From the NCBI GenBank assembly GCA_964016885.1, contig OZ024742.1:182962001-183026000 (forward strand): DNA of 64,000 nt, written 5' to 3'. The translations under genes were made by a program, and so were the position numbers. Position 1 is the stretch's first letter, and each line of letters opens with the position of its first letter. Shown one piece after another: positions 40,919-54,350 of the stretch. Below the pieces are notes generated by a model. That model was not told the DNA's origin. It did no database searches and saw only the letters and a program-made list of their open reading frames with translations. This DNA is from Eledone cirrhosa (lineage: Eukaryota).

Positions 40919-43020
40919 GACAATAATAATAACGACAACAACAACAATAGTAATATACATATACATATATATATACACAAACACGCGCACACATAAACAT
41001 ATCTATACACACACACACACACGATAGCAACTAACAGCGCTGCGATCGAATGTGGCTTTTTAGCCCAGCCAATGATCTAAAATGTCTTGCATAGAGTCGG
41101 CAACCAAAACATTCACTGGGAATAGCCGGCTGTGGTTGGAGTTCATGTACTTTTGCATGTCGCTTGAGCCCTCCTGCTGATTTACATTCTCTACCACATA
41201 TTTGGCAAGCATGATGAGCAGCATCTCCAACAGCAGCCTGCTAGTCAACCACTGGTCATACTTTATGACTGCGAAGATGACTTTCGAGTCCAGCTTTGCT
41301 TAGGCAGAGTCTCGCACAGACGCTGCATGTCAGCACCATAGGAGGACCCTCGCCGTCTGGAAATGCAACAGCAATGCCCTTCCTCACGTCCCGCTTTACT
41401 TTCTCGTGTGCGATTCGAGATGCCTCAAAGGCAACTTTTCCCTCATATACAGTCTTTCTCCATTTATTACGATCCGCAGCAATATTTTCCCATGTATCAG
41501 CAGAGATGTTAGCGTCTTTCAGAGCGGCTTTCAAGGAATCCTTATACCTCTTTGTTGGTTTATGTGGCGGTCGTTTTCCTTTAACCAACACTCCATAGAA
41601 GAGTTGTTTTGGTATTCTAGAATCCTTCATCCTGGCAAGGTGACCACTCCAACGGAGTCGTTGCTTAAGCACAAGAGCTTCTATACTGTCACACATAGAG
41701 CTTTCCAAAATCTCGACATCACTGATGTGGTCCCTCCAGTGAACGCCATGGATCCGTCTGAGACACATCTGATGGAAACGCTCCAATTGCTTAAGGTGGC
41801 GTCGATATGTGACCCAGGTCTCGCAGGCATAAAGAAGACAAGTGAGTACACATGCCCTGTACACCTTTACCTTTGTCCTCCTGCATATGTCTCGCCGACC
41901 CCAGAGTCGCCTTTCTAGCTTTCCGAAAGCATCACTTGCTTTCCTAATCCTAAGTGAGATTTCACTGTCAATCTTAGGGCAGTGCAAGCGTCAGAAAATG
42001 CATTCAAAATGTGCTGCATATCACTCTCTGTGTGCGCTACAAGATCGCAATCATCTGCATACAAGAGGTCTCTTATGATTGGTGTAAATACTTTTGTCTT
42101 TGCAGCAAAGCGCCTGATGTTAAATATGCTGCTTGAGGTTCGATATCGGATGTAAACACCATGCTCGCAATTCCTGAATGCAATACAGAAAACCATTGCA
42201 AAGTATATGGCAAACAGGGTCGGTGCTGGAATATCCCCCTGTTTCACTCCATTTCTTACTGAGATAGGCTCCGACATGTTACCTCCGACATTAACCCAAG
42301 CCTTCATGTCGTCATGGAAAGACTTAACTAAAGCAACCTTCTATAATGCATCTCTGTTAACAGTATCGAAAGCTTCTGTCAGATCAACAAAAACCTGATA
42401 CAGATCCAAACCTTGTTTCATGCTCTTCTCCTCATATCAGTAGTGCCGCATCCAGCACGAAAACCAGATTGACTTTCAGGAAGAACACAATCTGCAATGT
42501 GTGTCAGCAGACGGTCCAGAAGCACCCTACATAAAACTTTCCCTACGACAGAAAGCAATGATATACCTCTGTAGTTCCCACAATCATTCCTGTTACCCTT
42601 TCCCTTGTACAAGACCCCCATTACTGCATCTCTCCAGTCCTCAGGTACGGATTCATTAGCCCATATCCCGCCAAACAAAGAGTGAAGATGTTGCAGGAGT
42701 CTCTCACCGCCATATTGTAGGAGCTCAGCATGTATGCCATCCATACCTGGAGAACTTCCACTGTTCAGCTTCGAGATAGCCACTGCAACCTCCACAAGCG
42801 TCGGAGGTTCTGCGAGAGCTACTTTCACAGGACTTTCTGGAATGAAATTGAGGAAATCTTCACTGACGACAGACGGATGATTCAAAAGATCATCAAAGTG
42901 CTCTCGCCACCTTCGTACAATTCCTTGGGAGTCACGAAGAAGTTCTTTGCCATCGTTGCTGCGAAGCGGTGTCACCAGAGAAGAAGACGGTCCATAAACC
43001 TCACGCAATAGACTGTACAA
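40662..43020 (-). mobile_element. 5'-truncated RTE (BovB-like) LINE, copy 1, with internal deletions
   Basis: PGMDGIHAE, NYRGISLLS, QSGFR, GVKQGD, LLYADD, RLRWSGH, C-terminal CxxC..HxxxH; deletions near 41970, 42335 and 42430. Confidence 0.95.
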
Positions 43021-43209
43021 CATACATACATACATACGTACATACATATATACATACATACATACATACATACATACATACATGATGGCTGCCCCCTCGT
43101 TATCGAGTATGGCCATTGCACAAGAAAAAAAAATAAATAAAAAATAAAATTAAATTAAATTTAAAAAAATAAAAAAATAAAAAATAATAATAATAATAAT
43201 AAATAAATT

Positions 43210-43281
<72 letters not shown>

Positions 43282-43345
43282 CATATATACATACACACAT
43301 ACATACACATACACTCACACATATACACACACATACATTAATAAC

Positions 43346-43397
<52 letters not shown>

Positions 43398-44835
43398 GCA
43401 ATAATAATAATAACGACAACAACAATAATAATATACATATTCATATATATATACACACACACGCACGCACATAAGCATATCTACACACACACACACACAC
43501 ACGATAGCAACTAACAGTGCTGCGATCGAATGTGGCTTTTTAGCCCAGCCAATGATCTAAAATGTCTTGCACAGAGTCGGCAACCAAAACATTCACTGGG
43601 AATAGTCGGCTGTGGTTGGAGTTCGTGTACTTTTGCATGTCGCTTGAGCCCTCCTGCTGATTTACAGTCTCTACCACATGTTTGGCAAGCATGATGAGTA
43701 GCATCTCCAACTGCAGCCTGCTAGTCAACTACTGGTCTTACTTTATGACTGCGAAGATGACTTTCGAGTCCAGCTTTGCTTAGGCAGAGGCTCGCACAGA
43801 CGCTGCATGTCAGCACCATAGGAGGACCCTCGCCGTCTGGAAGTGCAACAGCAATGCCCTTCCTCACGTCCCGCTTTACTTTCTCGTGTGCGATTCGAGA
43901 TGCCTCAAAGGCAACTTTTCCCTCATATACAGTCTTTCTCCATTTATTACGATCAGCAGCAATATTTTCCCATGTATCAGCAGAGATGTTAGCGTCTTTC
44001 AGAGAGGCTTTCAAGGAATCCTTATACCTCTTTTTTGGTTTATGTGGCGGTCGTTTTCCTTTAACCAACTCTCCATAGAAGAGTTGTTTTGGTATTCTAG
44101 AATCCTTCATCCTGGCAAGGTGACCACTCCAACGGAGTCGTTGCTTAAGCACAAGAGCTTCTATACTGTCACACATAGAGCTTTCCAAAATCTCGACATC
44201 ACTGATGTGGTCCCTCCAGTGAACGCCATGGATCCGTCTGAGACACATCTGATGGAAACGCTCCAATTGCTTAAGGTGGCGTCGATATGTGACCCAGGTC
44301 TCGCAGGCATAAAGAAGACAAGAGAGTACACATGCCCTGTACACCTTTACCTTTGTCCTCCTGCATATGTCTCGCCGACCCCAGAGTCGCCTTTCTAGCT
44401 TTCCGAAAGCATCCCTTGCTTTCCTAATCCTAAGTGAGATTTCACTGTCAAGGTTGCCGTATCGATTGACAGTGCTTCCCAGGTAGACAAACTGATCAAC
44501 CACTCCAAGTCGTTTGCCATACACATAGATGTTTGGTTCAGTGTACTGCTTACTAGGGGCAGGTTGGTACATGACGACGGTTTTCTTGAGACTGACAGTC
44601 AAACCCAGGGCAGTGCAAGCGTCAAAAAATGCATTCAAAATGTGCTGCATATCACTCTCTGTGTGCGCTACAAGATCGCAATCATCTGCATACAAGAGGT
44701 CTCTTATGACTGATGTAAATACTTTTGTCTTCGCAGCAAAGCGCCTGATGTTAAATATGCTGCCTGAGGTTCGATATCGGATGTAAACACCATGCTCGCA
44801 ATTCCTGAATGCAATACAGAAAACCATTGTAAAGT
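43021..44835 (-). mobile_element. 5'-truncated RTE LINE, copy 2
   Basis: Near-identical to copy 1 including the repeat-laden 3' UTR; begins at a (CATA)n tract. Confidence 0.95.
43721..44835 (-). CDS. RTE RT C-terminal half + zinc finger, uninterrupted but lacking a true start
   Basis: LLYADDCDL, FVYLGS, LLYACETW, RLRWSGHLARM, CSVCASLCLSKAGLESHLRSH; the ORF N-terminus is microsatellite-derived. Confidence 0.85.
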
Positions 44836-45607
44836 ATACATACATACATACATACATACATACATACATACATACATACATACATACATACATACATACA
44901 TACATACATACATACATACATACATACATACATAGATACATACATACATGTAGATGTGGGTGTTCGGACAAAAATATATATTTTAAAATGTACCTTCTTT
45001 CCGCTGTACTCAGTTTGCACAACCTCGAACTATTTATATGAGGTGGGGATCTTTCAGGAGTTTTCTATTCAGTGGCGAAATTCATGATACTGTCTTTATA
45101 GGTCCACGCATTGTTTACAGCGGAAAGATAGAACATTCTAAAAAAATCTACACAACTTTGTGAACTGTCTGAATATGAAAGCAGATTTCTTCAACCCTAA
45201 AATTAATTCTTTCATTTTCTCTTAGAATATATATATTTTTATAGACTTCTATTCTTAACTACAAAATTACCTCACTTACTTTCCTTTCGTCATTCTATAT
45301 ATACCTAAATCAAGTGTCTCTGCACGACACCTTGGGCAAGTATCTTCTACAATAGACTCGGGGTGACCAATGTCTTGTGAGTAGAATTCTGTAGACGGAA
45401 TTCAGAAGCCCGTCGTATAATTGTGTGGGGGGGGGTGCATGTGTGTGTATGTGTGTGTGTGTGTGTGTGTGTTTATGTTACGTAACTTAGTAGTTCGACA
45501 AAAACGAGATCTATAAAACAAATACTTGCAAACGGCTTGCAAATCCAAGTTCTAAACTACTAAAGAAAACACTACCCAGGATGTTGAGGCGATTGAAATG
45601 TGTAAAG

Positions 45608-45742
45608 CAGGCATGGGCAACCTTTCTCGAGCATAGGATAGGGATTATAATATGGCGGGCCGCGCTACTAAAAATTTCAAGGCAATTTTGGAATAGGCGT
45701 GCCATTCAGAAAGCCAAATGGGCCGCAGTTTGCCCATGACTG
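45608..45742. mobile_element. hAT (Charlie-like) MITE with 8-bp TSD
   Basis: CAGGCATGGGCAA...TTGCCCATGACTG TIRs; GTGTAAAG duplicated on both sides. Confidence 0.9.
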
Positions 45743-46713
45743 GTGTAAAGCATCAGTCAGATATCAGTAAATCTTTCCTCTTAGCTATATCTTTATTATG
45801 TTATAAACATTGTATAGTGATATTTCGCTTAGCGCTACATTTTTTTAACTAAAAACAAAACAAACTACTGTATATGTTAAGTATATGTTATGTATATGTA
45901 TATGTTAAGGGGAAAACGTCAGAAGCTCAGCTTGTATAAGGTAGGTAGACTTGTTGGTAGGCTGGTTGGTAGGTAGATGGACAAACAGACAGATTGATAT
46001 ATGTTATTGTTTTTAGTGCCCAAAGATAGAGAGATACATAGGTAGGAAGTTATAGATAGCCTGTTATTAAACTACTCACAATCTGCAAGGTGGATATATC
46101 TTGACAACACTTTGTGTGGGAAAGAGAGAGGTAGGGAAGAAGATTTCAAAGTCCTACTTCCCAAAGAAATCTATCACAAAGTGTTTGCCACTTGATCCTG
46201 GATTTTATTATAATTGTTTCTACGTTTGTCACAAGGCCAGCAATTATTCCAGTGCATTACTGGTACTTTTATTTTATCGACCCCGTAAAGGATGAAACTT
46301 CGGCGGAATTTGAACTCAGAACCCAAAGGGCCATAACTCTATGCCATAAAGCATGGCGTCCGACTTTTTACTGATACTGCCAATCCACCGGGTTATATTA
46401 TAATGATATATAGATAAATATGCATGTATGCGTGGTAGGTATGTATATGTGCATGTATACACAGGGTGATCCAAAAGTCATTAGACCATTTTAAAATATA
46501 ATAACTGTATATACAGGGTGCGGCAAAAATACCTCCCACATTTCAAGGGTTGACCGTTTTTCTGTCGCAGAAAATATATATATATATTGAAGGCTTCTTT
46601 GTTTTACTTTCATAATTATTCGGCTCTGTTTAATTACATTGAGCTATACCTTTTACTGTCATTTCTATAATACGAAGAGGGTGTTTAACTCCAACACGCT
46701 CCAGTATTTTAAT

Positions 46714-46794
<81 letters not shown>

Positions 46795-46828
46795 TATATA
46801 TATATAAAATATATATATATATATATAT

Positions 46829-47170
46829 ATAAGTTAAAACAATGAAATAAAAAATCAAGTCATTAGAAATATACTTACACTGCTTTACGATCGTTTCTAG
46901 GTGACGATAATACATCGTAACTATATTTCGTTATCGATCTATGTAAGGTTAGTTACAAAATATCAGATAAGGACCCATCGTAAGCAGTGAAGTATATTTC
47001 TAATGACTTCATTTTTTATTTCATTGTTTTAACTTATATCATGACTCTGTTTTCCTTTTAATGTTTTATTGTTTTGCGGGATTTATTTTAACCTACAACA
47101 TTTTCAACATATGGATTACATTGAGTTCTTCATGCAGACTGGACCCCACAACTTACAGTGGATATCTCTG
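46829..47170. mobile_element. (TA)n-embedded fold-back element with HHR 3' half
   Basis: ~62-bp arms 46829-46891 / 46977-47037; minus strand GAAA-cgatcg-TA at 46886-46897. Confidence 0.65.
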
Positions 47171-47297
47171 TGTATATATATATATATATATACATATATG
47201 TATACATTCATGTATACGTATATACATACATATATACATATGTATATACACATATATATAAATATATATATATATACATACATGTATATATATATAT

Positions 47298-47384
<87 letters not shown>

Positions 47385-47426
47385 CACGTATATACAAACA
47401 TGTGTATATATATATATATATATGTT

Positions 47427-47482
<56 letters not shown>

Positions 47483-47668
47483 CATACATGTATATATATA
47501 TATATTCATGCATATATACATTCATGTATATGTGTATACACATATATACATACATGTATATATATACATATTTACATATATACATATATATGTATATATA
47601 TATATATACATACATGTATATATATAGAGAGAGAGAGATAGATAGATAGATATATATATAGAGAGAGA

Positions 47669-47732
<64 letters not shown>

Positions 47733-48104
47733 ATATATATATATATACAACTCTCTTCGTATAAAATGTGTGTTTTCTCATTACGTCGTTATTCTTTAGC
47801 TGGAATGTTCCACTGTGGTGAACAGTCTCTCACTGCATAATAAAATCGATATCTGGAATATAGTCTGGTTTACAACATAGCCAAAAGTGTGATACATAGT
47901 CGACATAGCATGCACTGATGATACTATTGCACATTTTCTTCGCAACCGAATTCAATGAAAAGCAAAATATGCATTTTTTAAAATGTTAAAATTAGGGTAT
48001 ATATATATATATATATATGAATGGTTTCAAATATGTATGTGTATGTATGCATGTGTGTGTAAATATTGCCTAAGCTCGCAAACAAATGTATGAATGTAGC
48101 TAGC

Positions 48105-48192
<88 letters not shown>

Positions 48193-48641
48193 CTGAGAGA
48201 TTAACAAACAGATATGCATGGTAAGCGAGAGCGAGACGGATCGATAGAAAGACAAATAGACGGGAAGACAGAGAAAGAGGGAGAGAGAGATATCGAGGAG
48301 AAAGAGAGAAACATAGAGGGACATTGAGACAAATCGGACACACTGACATACGGATTGTATGTAAGATATATAGACGGATATATAATCAGATAGATATGTT
48401 TTTTTATTAGCCACAGGGGCACAAAAGAAGGGGACAAATACGAAGGGGGAAGTTTACATACAATAAAAAACGTGTAAAATGTTATCACAAATGCAATTTA
48501 TAGTCAGATAGATAAAGAGACAGTTAGAGAGGTATACAGAAAGACAAACAAACATATAGGCAAAATCACTGACAGAGAGACATGTAGATAGATAGGTGAA
48601 TGGAGAGACAGAGATAGAAGAATAGAGAGAGAGAGAGAGAG

Positions 48642-48697
<56 letters not shown>

Positions 48698-48859
48698 GGG
48701 GGGGGGCAGAAGGCAGTTAGCCAGACAAATTGGTAGATAGAAAATGGGGAGACAAACAGGTAGGGAGAGAGAGAGAAAGTCAGAAAGACAGAAAAATAGA
48801 TAAATAGAGCAGACAGTGACAAACAGACACACACACAGACACATAGATAGACAAAATGG

Positions 48860-48920
<61 letters not shown>

Positions 48921-48970
48921 TTACAGAGAGGCAGAGACACGGAAGTGCAGATAGACAAACAGACAATCAA

Positions 48971-49002
<32 letters not shown>

Positions 49003-49302
49003 AGAGAAAGGTAGAGGCAGACAGACAGACATGAAGGCAAAGAGGTAGATGAAGAGAAAATAAAAAGATGGAACAAAGGAATGAAAGAAAGAAAAGAAGA
49101 TAGATAGATAGATTTCCATATAGGTGTATGTATTTGATGTATGTAGGTATATTTACAAACATATATGCACACACACACATACGCATATATATATGGGGTG
49201 TATGTAGGTATATTTGTAGGTATATATGTATGTATGTAGGTATATTTACAAACATATATGCACACACACATATACGCATATATATATGGGGTGTGGGGGA
49301 GG

Positions 49303-49353
49303 GGATTCTTGATGACTTCATTCGAATGAAACATTACTAGTCCTGTAGAAGCC
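49303..49353 (+). ncRNA. Degenerate type I HHR (family of 54300-54350; third copy ~60645-60690 minus)
   Basis: ggattc-TTGATGA-cTTC-attc-GAAt-GAAA-cat..ctg-TA-gaagcc. Confidence 0.6.
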
Positions 49354-49374
49354 ATTTCTATATTAAATTGTTAC

Positions 49375-49413
<39 letters not shown>

Positions 49414-49838
49414 GGGGGGGGGTGAAAAGATCATCAAGATTTCGAACATTAATACTAATCTGAACGACTCATGTAATTTACCTTAGATATGTAAACTGAG
49501 AGATATAGATCTGGAATGTATATAAATAAATATATTCATATTTGAATATTGAATAAGTATATACATGTAAAAATACATTATATACATACATGCAAACAGA
49601 TAGACAGTCAGATATAGTAGAGTGATGTAATAAAAACAGAAGAGAACCACAGTTTAGAGAACGCATTCAATACAACAGGTGGGAAGGACATAATCTTACA
49701 GTACGCGTTCTATTCCATTCGATGATGATGAAAACGTCAGTCAGGGATGTCCAGAGGATTTAACCAGCGAATAAAACAGAAATAGTCATGTAAAAGTTTG
49801 ATAAAAATGTGTGATATATGCCTTTGTATAAAGATATA

Positions 49839-49911
<73 letters not shown>

Positions 49912-49950
49912 ATATATATATATAGAGAGAGAGAAGTGGTTACATTATTA

Positions 49951-49988
49951 CGAGCTGAGGATCCGCTAAGGTGAAACAATTGTTCTCG
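49951..49988 (+). ncRNA. Minimal type I HHR
   Basis: cgag-CTGAGGA-tCC-gctaa-GGt-GAAA-caattg-TT-ctcg; palindromic stem III, GUU triplet. Confidence 0.7.
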
Positions 49989-50158
49989 GTATGGTGAACT
50001 AACTGTTGTGTAACCACTTCTACCTTACTCGTCCCATGGACTGAGTGCTCTACCACTACGGATATTATAAAAGTGCAACCATTCTGGTTGGAATCTCCAG
50101 AATGGTTGCATTTTTTTAAGGGTATGTCAATATTTATTTATAAAACTAACCTATATTA

Positions 50159-50224
50159 TATTTTATCTGATGAAAGCGCACCATAGTTTGCTCTGGTGGC
50201 CCTTGAAATATGTATAATGAAATA
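50159..50224 (+). ncRNA. Type I HHR within a short element (50069-50357)
   Basis: tattttat-CTGATGA-aagcgcacca..tggtggccctt-GAAA-tatgta-TA-atgaaata; 8-bp stem I. Confidence 0.82.
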
Positions 50225-50354
50225 AATATGCTTTTATAAATATAGTTTCCATTTGTTAATATATTGTATATTTACTCCAATGATTTGTTGAGTGCTTTAT
50301 ATCAGTTATAAAAATATTTTGCTTGTTTTCTCACAACAAATTAAATATAACTTC

Positions 50355-50386
<32 letters not shown>

Positions 50387-50388
<2 letters not shown>

Positions 50389-50563
50389 AAAAGAGTCAGG
50401 ACCCCGACAGCTGAGCTCCGGCTGTTTCGACAGCTAGATCCGAACTGTTCGGATCTAGCTGTCGAAAAGCCCCGACTCTTTTCCTATTACCCACTCTACT
50501 ACCCGAAGTATAGAGTACTCTGGTGGGTGATGGTTCACCTGGTTACTTACCACACTTTCTTAG

Positions 50564-50567
<4 letters not shown>
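50387..50567. mobile_element. Fold-back HHR-derived element family D (copies 19352-19432, 25338-25392, 58663-58812, 62227-62414)
   Basis: Shared tail ..ctattacccactctactaccctaagtattgagtact..ccttaccacatttccttcgtta(TA)n; inverted head; GAAA-CGGC-loop-GCCG-TC-GGGG. Confidence 0.8.
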
Positions 50568-50599
<32 letters not shown>

Positions 50600-50600
<1 letters not shown>

Positions 50601-51035
50601 AGGTACTTAAGTTTTGTTGCGTTTGAAGAAATATCTTGACATTCTACTTACCAAGATCTTAGATGCCGAGATGTCTCTTGAAACCTTCTACATGCACACA
50701 CTCTTGATCTCTCACATTTCGTGGCAGCTTATTAAATAAAGAGCTGGGGGTCCTTTGGGGTCCTTTGAAGCCCAGACTATTGCATTATGTGGTCCTTATA
50801 CTTGATGAGACGGATAGGATCTTTGGCGCAACACAATGTTCGTGGGCTGGTCCAGCCTTCAATGCAGAGGTTTAGTGCTAAACATTCCAGGATCTTCCAT
50901 ATGTATATCACTGCGTATCTCTCCCGTCTTCACTCCAGAAAATAAGAATTTAGTTCTTTCAGCCTCTCCCAAAATCTCACCCCTTTCATTGTGGAAGTCC
51001 TCTTGGTATAGCTCAGTAGCATTGTTTCAAGTTCT
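50600..51035 (-). pseudogene. CR1-group LINE 3' coding fragment
   Basis: [38 protein letters not shown]. Confidence 0.7.
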
Positions 51036-51072
51036 GACATTAGTTTGTGGGGTGACAACAGCAGATTTAAAA

Positions 51073-51145
51073 GACAGAATCGGAGTATCGATCCCGCTAC
51101 CTCACGCATGCTAAGCGAGCGCTCTACCATCTGATATAATTCTCC
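51073..51145 (-). pseudogene. tRNA-Ala(AGC) pseudogene
   Basis: ggagaattatatcagatggtagagcgctcgcttAGCatgcgtgaggtagcgggatcgat..; D arm, T arm and acceptor stem are damaged. Confidence 0.82.
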
Positions 51146-51147
51146 AC

Positions 51148-51252
<105 letters not shown>

Positions 51253-51438
51253 GTATAGTGTGTGTATATATATATCTATATATAAATGAATACATAAGTA
51301 TATATTAAAAATGTATTATATAAATGTATAAATATATACAAATATATAAATATATATATATATATACATACATATATATATATACGAGTATATATATATA
51401 TAAATGACTATATATATACAAATAAGTATATATATATG

Positions 51439-51538
<100 letters not shown>

Positions 51539-51898
51539 ATATATATTTATATAATTAAATATATTTATACATATATATATGAATAAACATATTTATACAT
51601 ATATATATAAATAGATATATTCATATATGTGTATGTGTGCCTGTGTGTGTATGTCAATATGTATATACACCTCTAACTACAGAACCATATATATATATAA
51701 ATATATATATATTCATACATATATATATATATATATAAACAAATATATCTATACACACACACATCATGTTTTTTCTGTTTTTTTCTGGTCAGGTTGTAGC
51801 AGCCCGGTGAGGTGTTGGATAATGGGTATCACTGAAATGTATATATTGCAGCGGATATGAGTGTACGAATAATTTTAACCTGTTGACTTATACTTCTT

Positions 51899-51992
<94 letters not shown>

Positions 51993-52076
51993 AGTGTAAC
52001 TTGGAGTTACTGCTGGTTCACCCGGGTGAGCACTCGATTTTAAGGTTCACTTCTGTGTTGAGGTGTAGAGCTATAC

Positions 52077-52118
<42 letters not shown>

Positions 52119-52488
52119 ATATGCACGCACATATATATATAAATATGTATATACACCTACATGTATATAAATATGTATGTACACATATATATATACATAA
52201 ATATGTATGTATATCCACATATATATATCTATACATAAATATATATGTATATACACATATATATATAAATATATATATATATATACATATATATATCTAT
52301 AATTATATATGTATATACACACATATATATATGTGTATATATATATATGTATAAACATATATATATACATATATATGTATATACACATATATATATAGAA
52401 ATATATATGTATATAAACACACATATATATAGAAATATATGTGTATATACACATATAATATATATAGAAATATATGTATATAAACACA

Positions 52489-52556
<68 letters not shown>

Positions 52557-52762
52557 AATATATATGTATATACATACACACACATATATATTCAAACATA
52601 TATATATCTAATTAATTATATTTATGCATATATAAATATAAATAAATATATTTATACATATATATATAAATAAATATATTCATATATATTCGTATATATA
52701 TATCGTAATGGGCCGTGGACTGAGTGCTCTACCACTACAGATATCACCTTCCAGTGTTCTAC

Positions 52763-52805
<43 letters not shown>

Positions 52806-52808
<3 letters not shown>

Positions 52809-52975
52809 GAGCCCCTACATGGACACACTAGAAGAGGAAGACCAAGGTTAACATATGTTGATGCCCTAAGGACAGACACTGGTCTGTTAGAGATGCAGGA
52901 TATGGCAGCGATAATGAGGGACAGAGACCGCTGGAGAGAACTCGTCCATGGATCTCGGGAATTTTACCCGCCTTA
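52806..52975 (+). pseudogene. RTE-group LINE extreme 3' fragment
   Basis: EPLHGHTRRGRPRLTYVDALRTDTG..MRDRDRWRELV. Confidence 0.75.
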
Positions 52976-53009
52976 GATAGATATATATATAAATGGTATA
53001 TATATAAAT

Positions 53010-53054
<45 letters not shown>

Positions 53055-53669
53055 GGTATATATATATAAAGGGTATATATACATATAAATGGTATATATA
53101 TATATATATATAAGTTAAAGAGCCCCTTCGGTCACGAATGACAGTGGGCTTTGCACCTAGAATGTTCTCCGGGGTACAAGTGCGGGCAGGGTTGTTTGTG
53201 GAAGACCAGCAGTTGCCCATGCATACCAGCCTCCCCTCTCCCCGCCAACGATGTGACGCGGCAACTCATTCCTACAGCTGAGTAAACTAGAGCTACGTGA
53301 AATAAAGTGTCTTGCTCAAGAGCTCATTACATCAACCGGGCTGAGAATTGAACTCACAAACCCACGATTATAAGGCTAACGCTCCAACCACTAAGATATA
53401 AGCCTTCACATATTTATATATATATATACATAAATATATATATATATAATATATATACACATATATATATATACATACATATATGCACACACACGCACAC
53501 ACACACTCACACATACACACACACATAGATATAATATATACACATAAATATGTATATACACACGCATGTATATCATATGCCTTTGTATTAATATATTATA
53601 TACATATGTCAATATACATTTATACTTGTATATATCTTGTGCACTCATAAAATTATAGTTTGTATGCAT

Positions 53670-53702
<33 letters not shown>

Positions 53703-53933
53703 CGAGCTGCGGATTACAGAGTCGGGTTAGATCGAAACAGATCGAACCTTGAGCTGATCAGTGGCGAAACGCGCGTCACCAACCAATAAACCTAATGAAG
53801 GAATAACCAATCGTCCTTGTTATTTTATTTCACTATAATACACTCTGTCTAGCTCTACACCTCGACACTGAAGTGAACCTAAACATCGAGTGCTCACCCG
53901 GGTGAACCTACAGTAACTCCAAGTTACACTCCC
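53703..53933 (+). mobile_element. pLTR-like element family E (end copies 51990-52077 and 63251-63270 minus; related head 63726-63830)
   Basis: GAAA-cgcgcg-TC then AATAAA; terminus ..gtaactccaagttacactccc(TA)n. Confidence 0.65.
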
Positions 53934-53972
<39 letters not shown>

Positions 53973-54125
53973 TGAGAGAGAGAGTATATGCATGTATATA
54001 TGTAAGTATATATGCATATATATAAATGCATGTATATATGCATATATATATATATGCATATATATATATGCATATATATATATATATATACATGTATATA
54101 TGCACATATATATTTAATATATAAA

Positions 54126-54163
<38 letters not shown>

Positions 54164-54239
54164 TCAATTTACCGAGAATCGCATTTCAGCGGGGTATATA
54201 TATATATATATGCACATATATATTTATATATATATGCAC

Positions 54240-54297
<58 letters not shown>

Positions 54298-54299
54298 TG

Positions 54300-54350
54300 A
54301 GATTCTACAGGACTAGAACTGTTTCATTCATTAGAAATCATCAGGAATCT
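54300..54350 (-). ncRNA. Complete type I HHR inside a ~50-bp-arm palindrome (54291-54401)
   Basis: agattc-CTGATGA-tTTC-taat-GAAt-GAA-ACAG-ttctagtc-CTGT-A-gaatct: stems I (6 bp), II (3 bp), III (4 bp), GUA triplet. Confidence 0.82.

Noticed and set aside
42418-43116. 232-aa ORF starting MAILDNEG as a real fusion protein
   Set aside because: Chance in-frame join of one RTE 3' terminus and (ATGT)n tail to the truncated RT of the next copy
49136-49292. ~90-bp tandem duplication
   Set aside because: Low-complexity slippage product with no additional signal
51073-51145. Functional tRNA-Ala gene
   Set aside because: Acceptor, D and T stems have several mispairs; called a pseudogene
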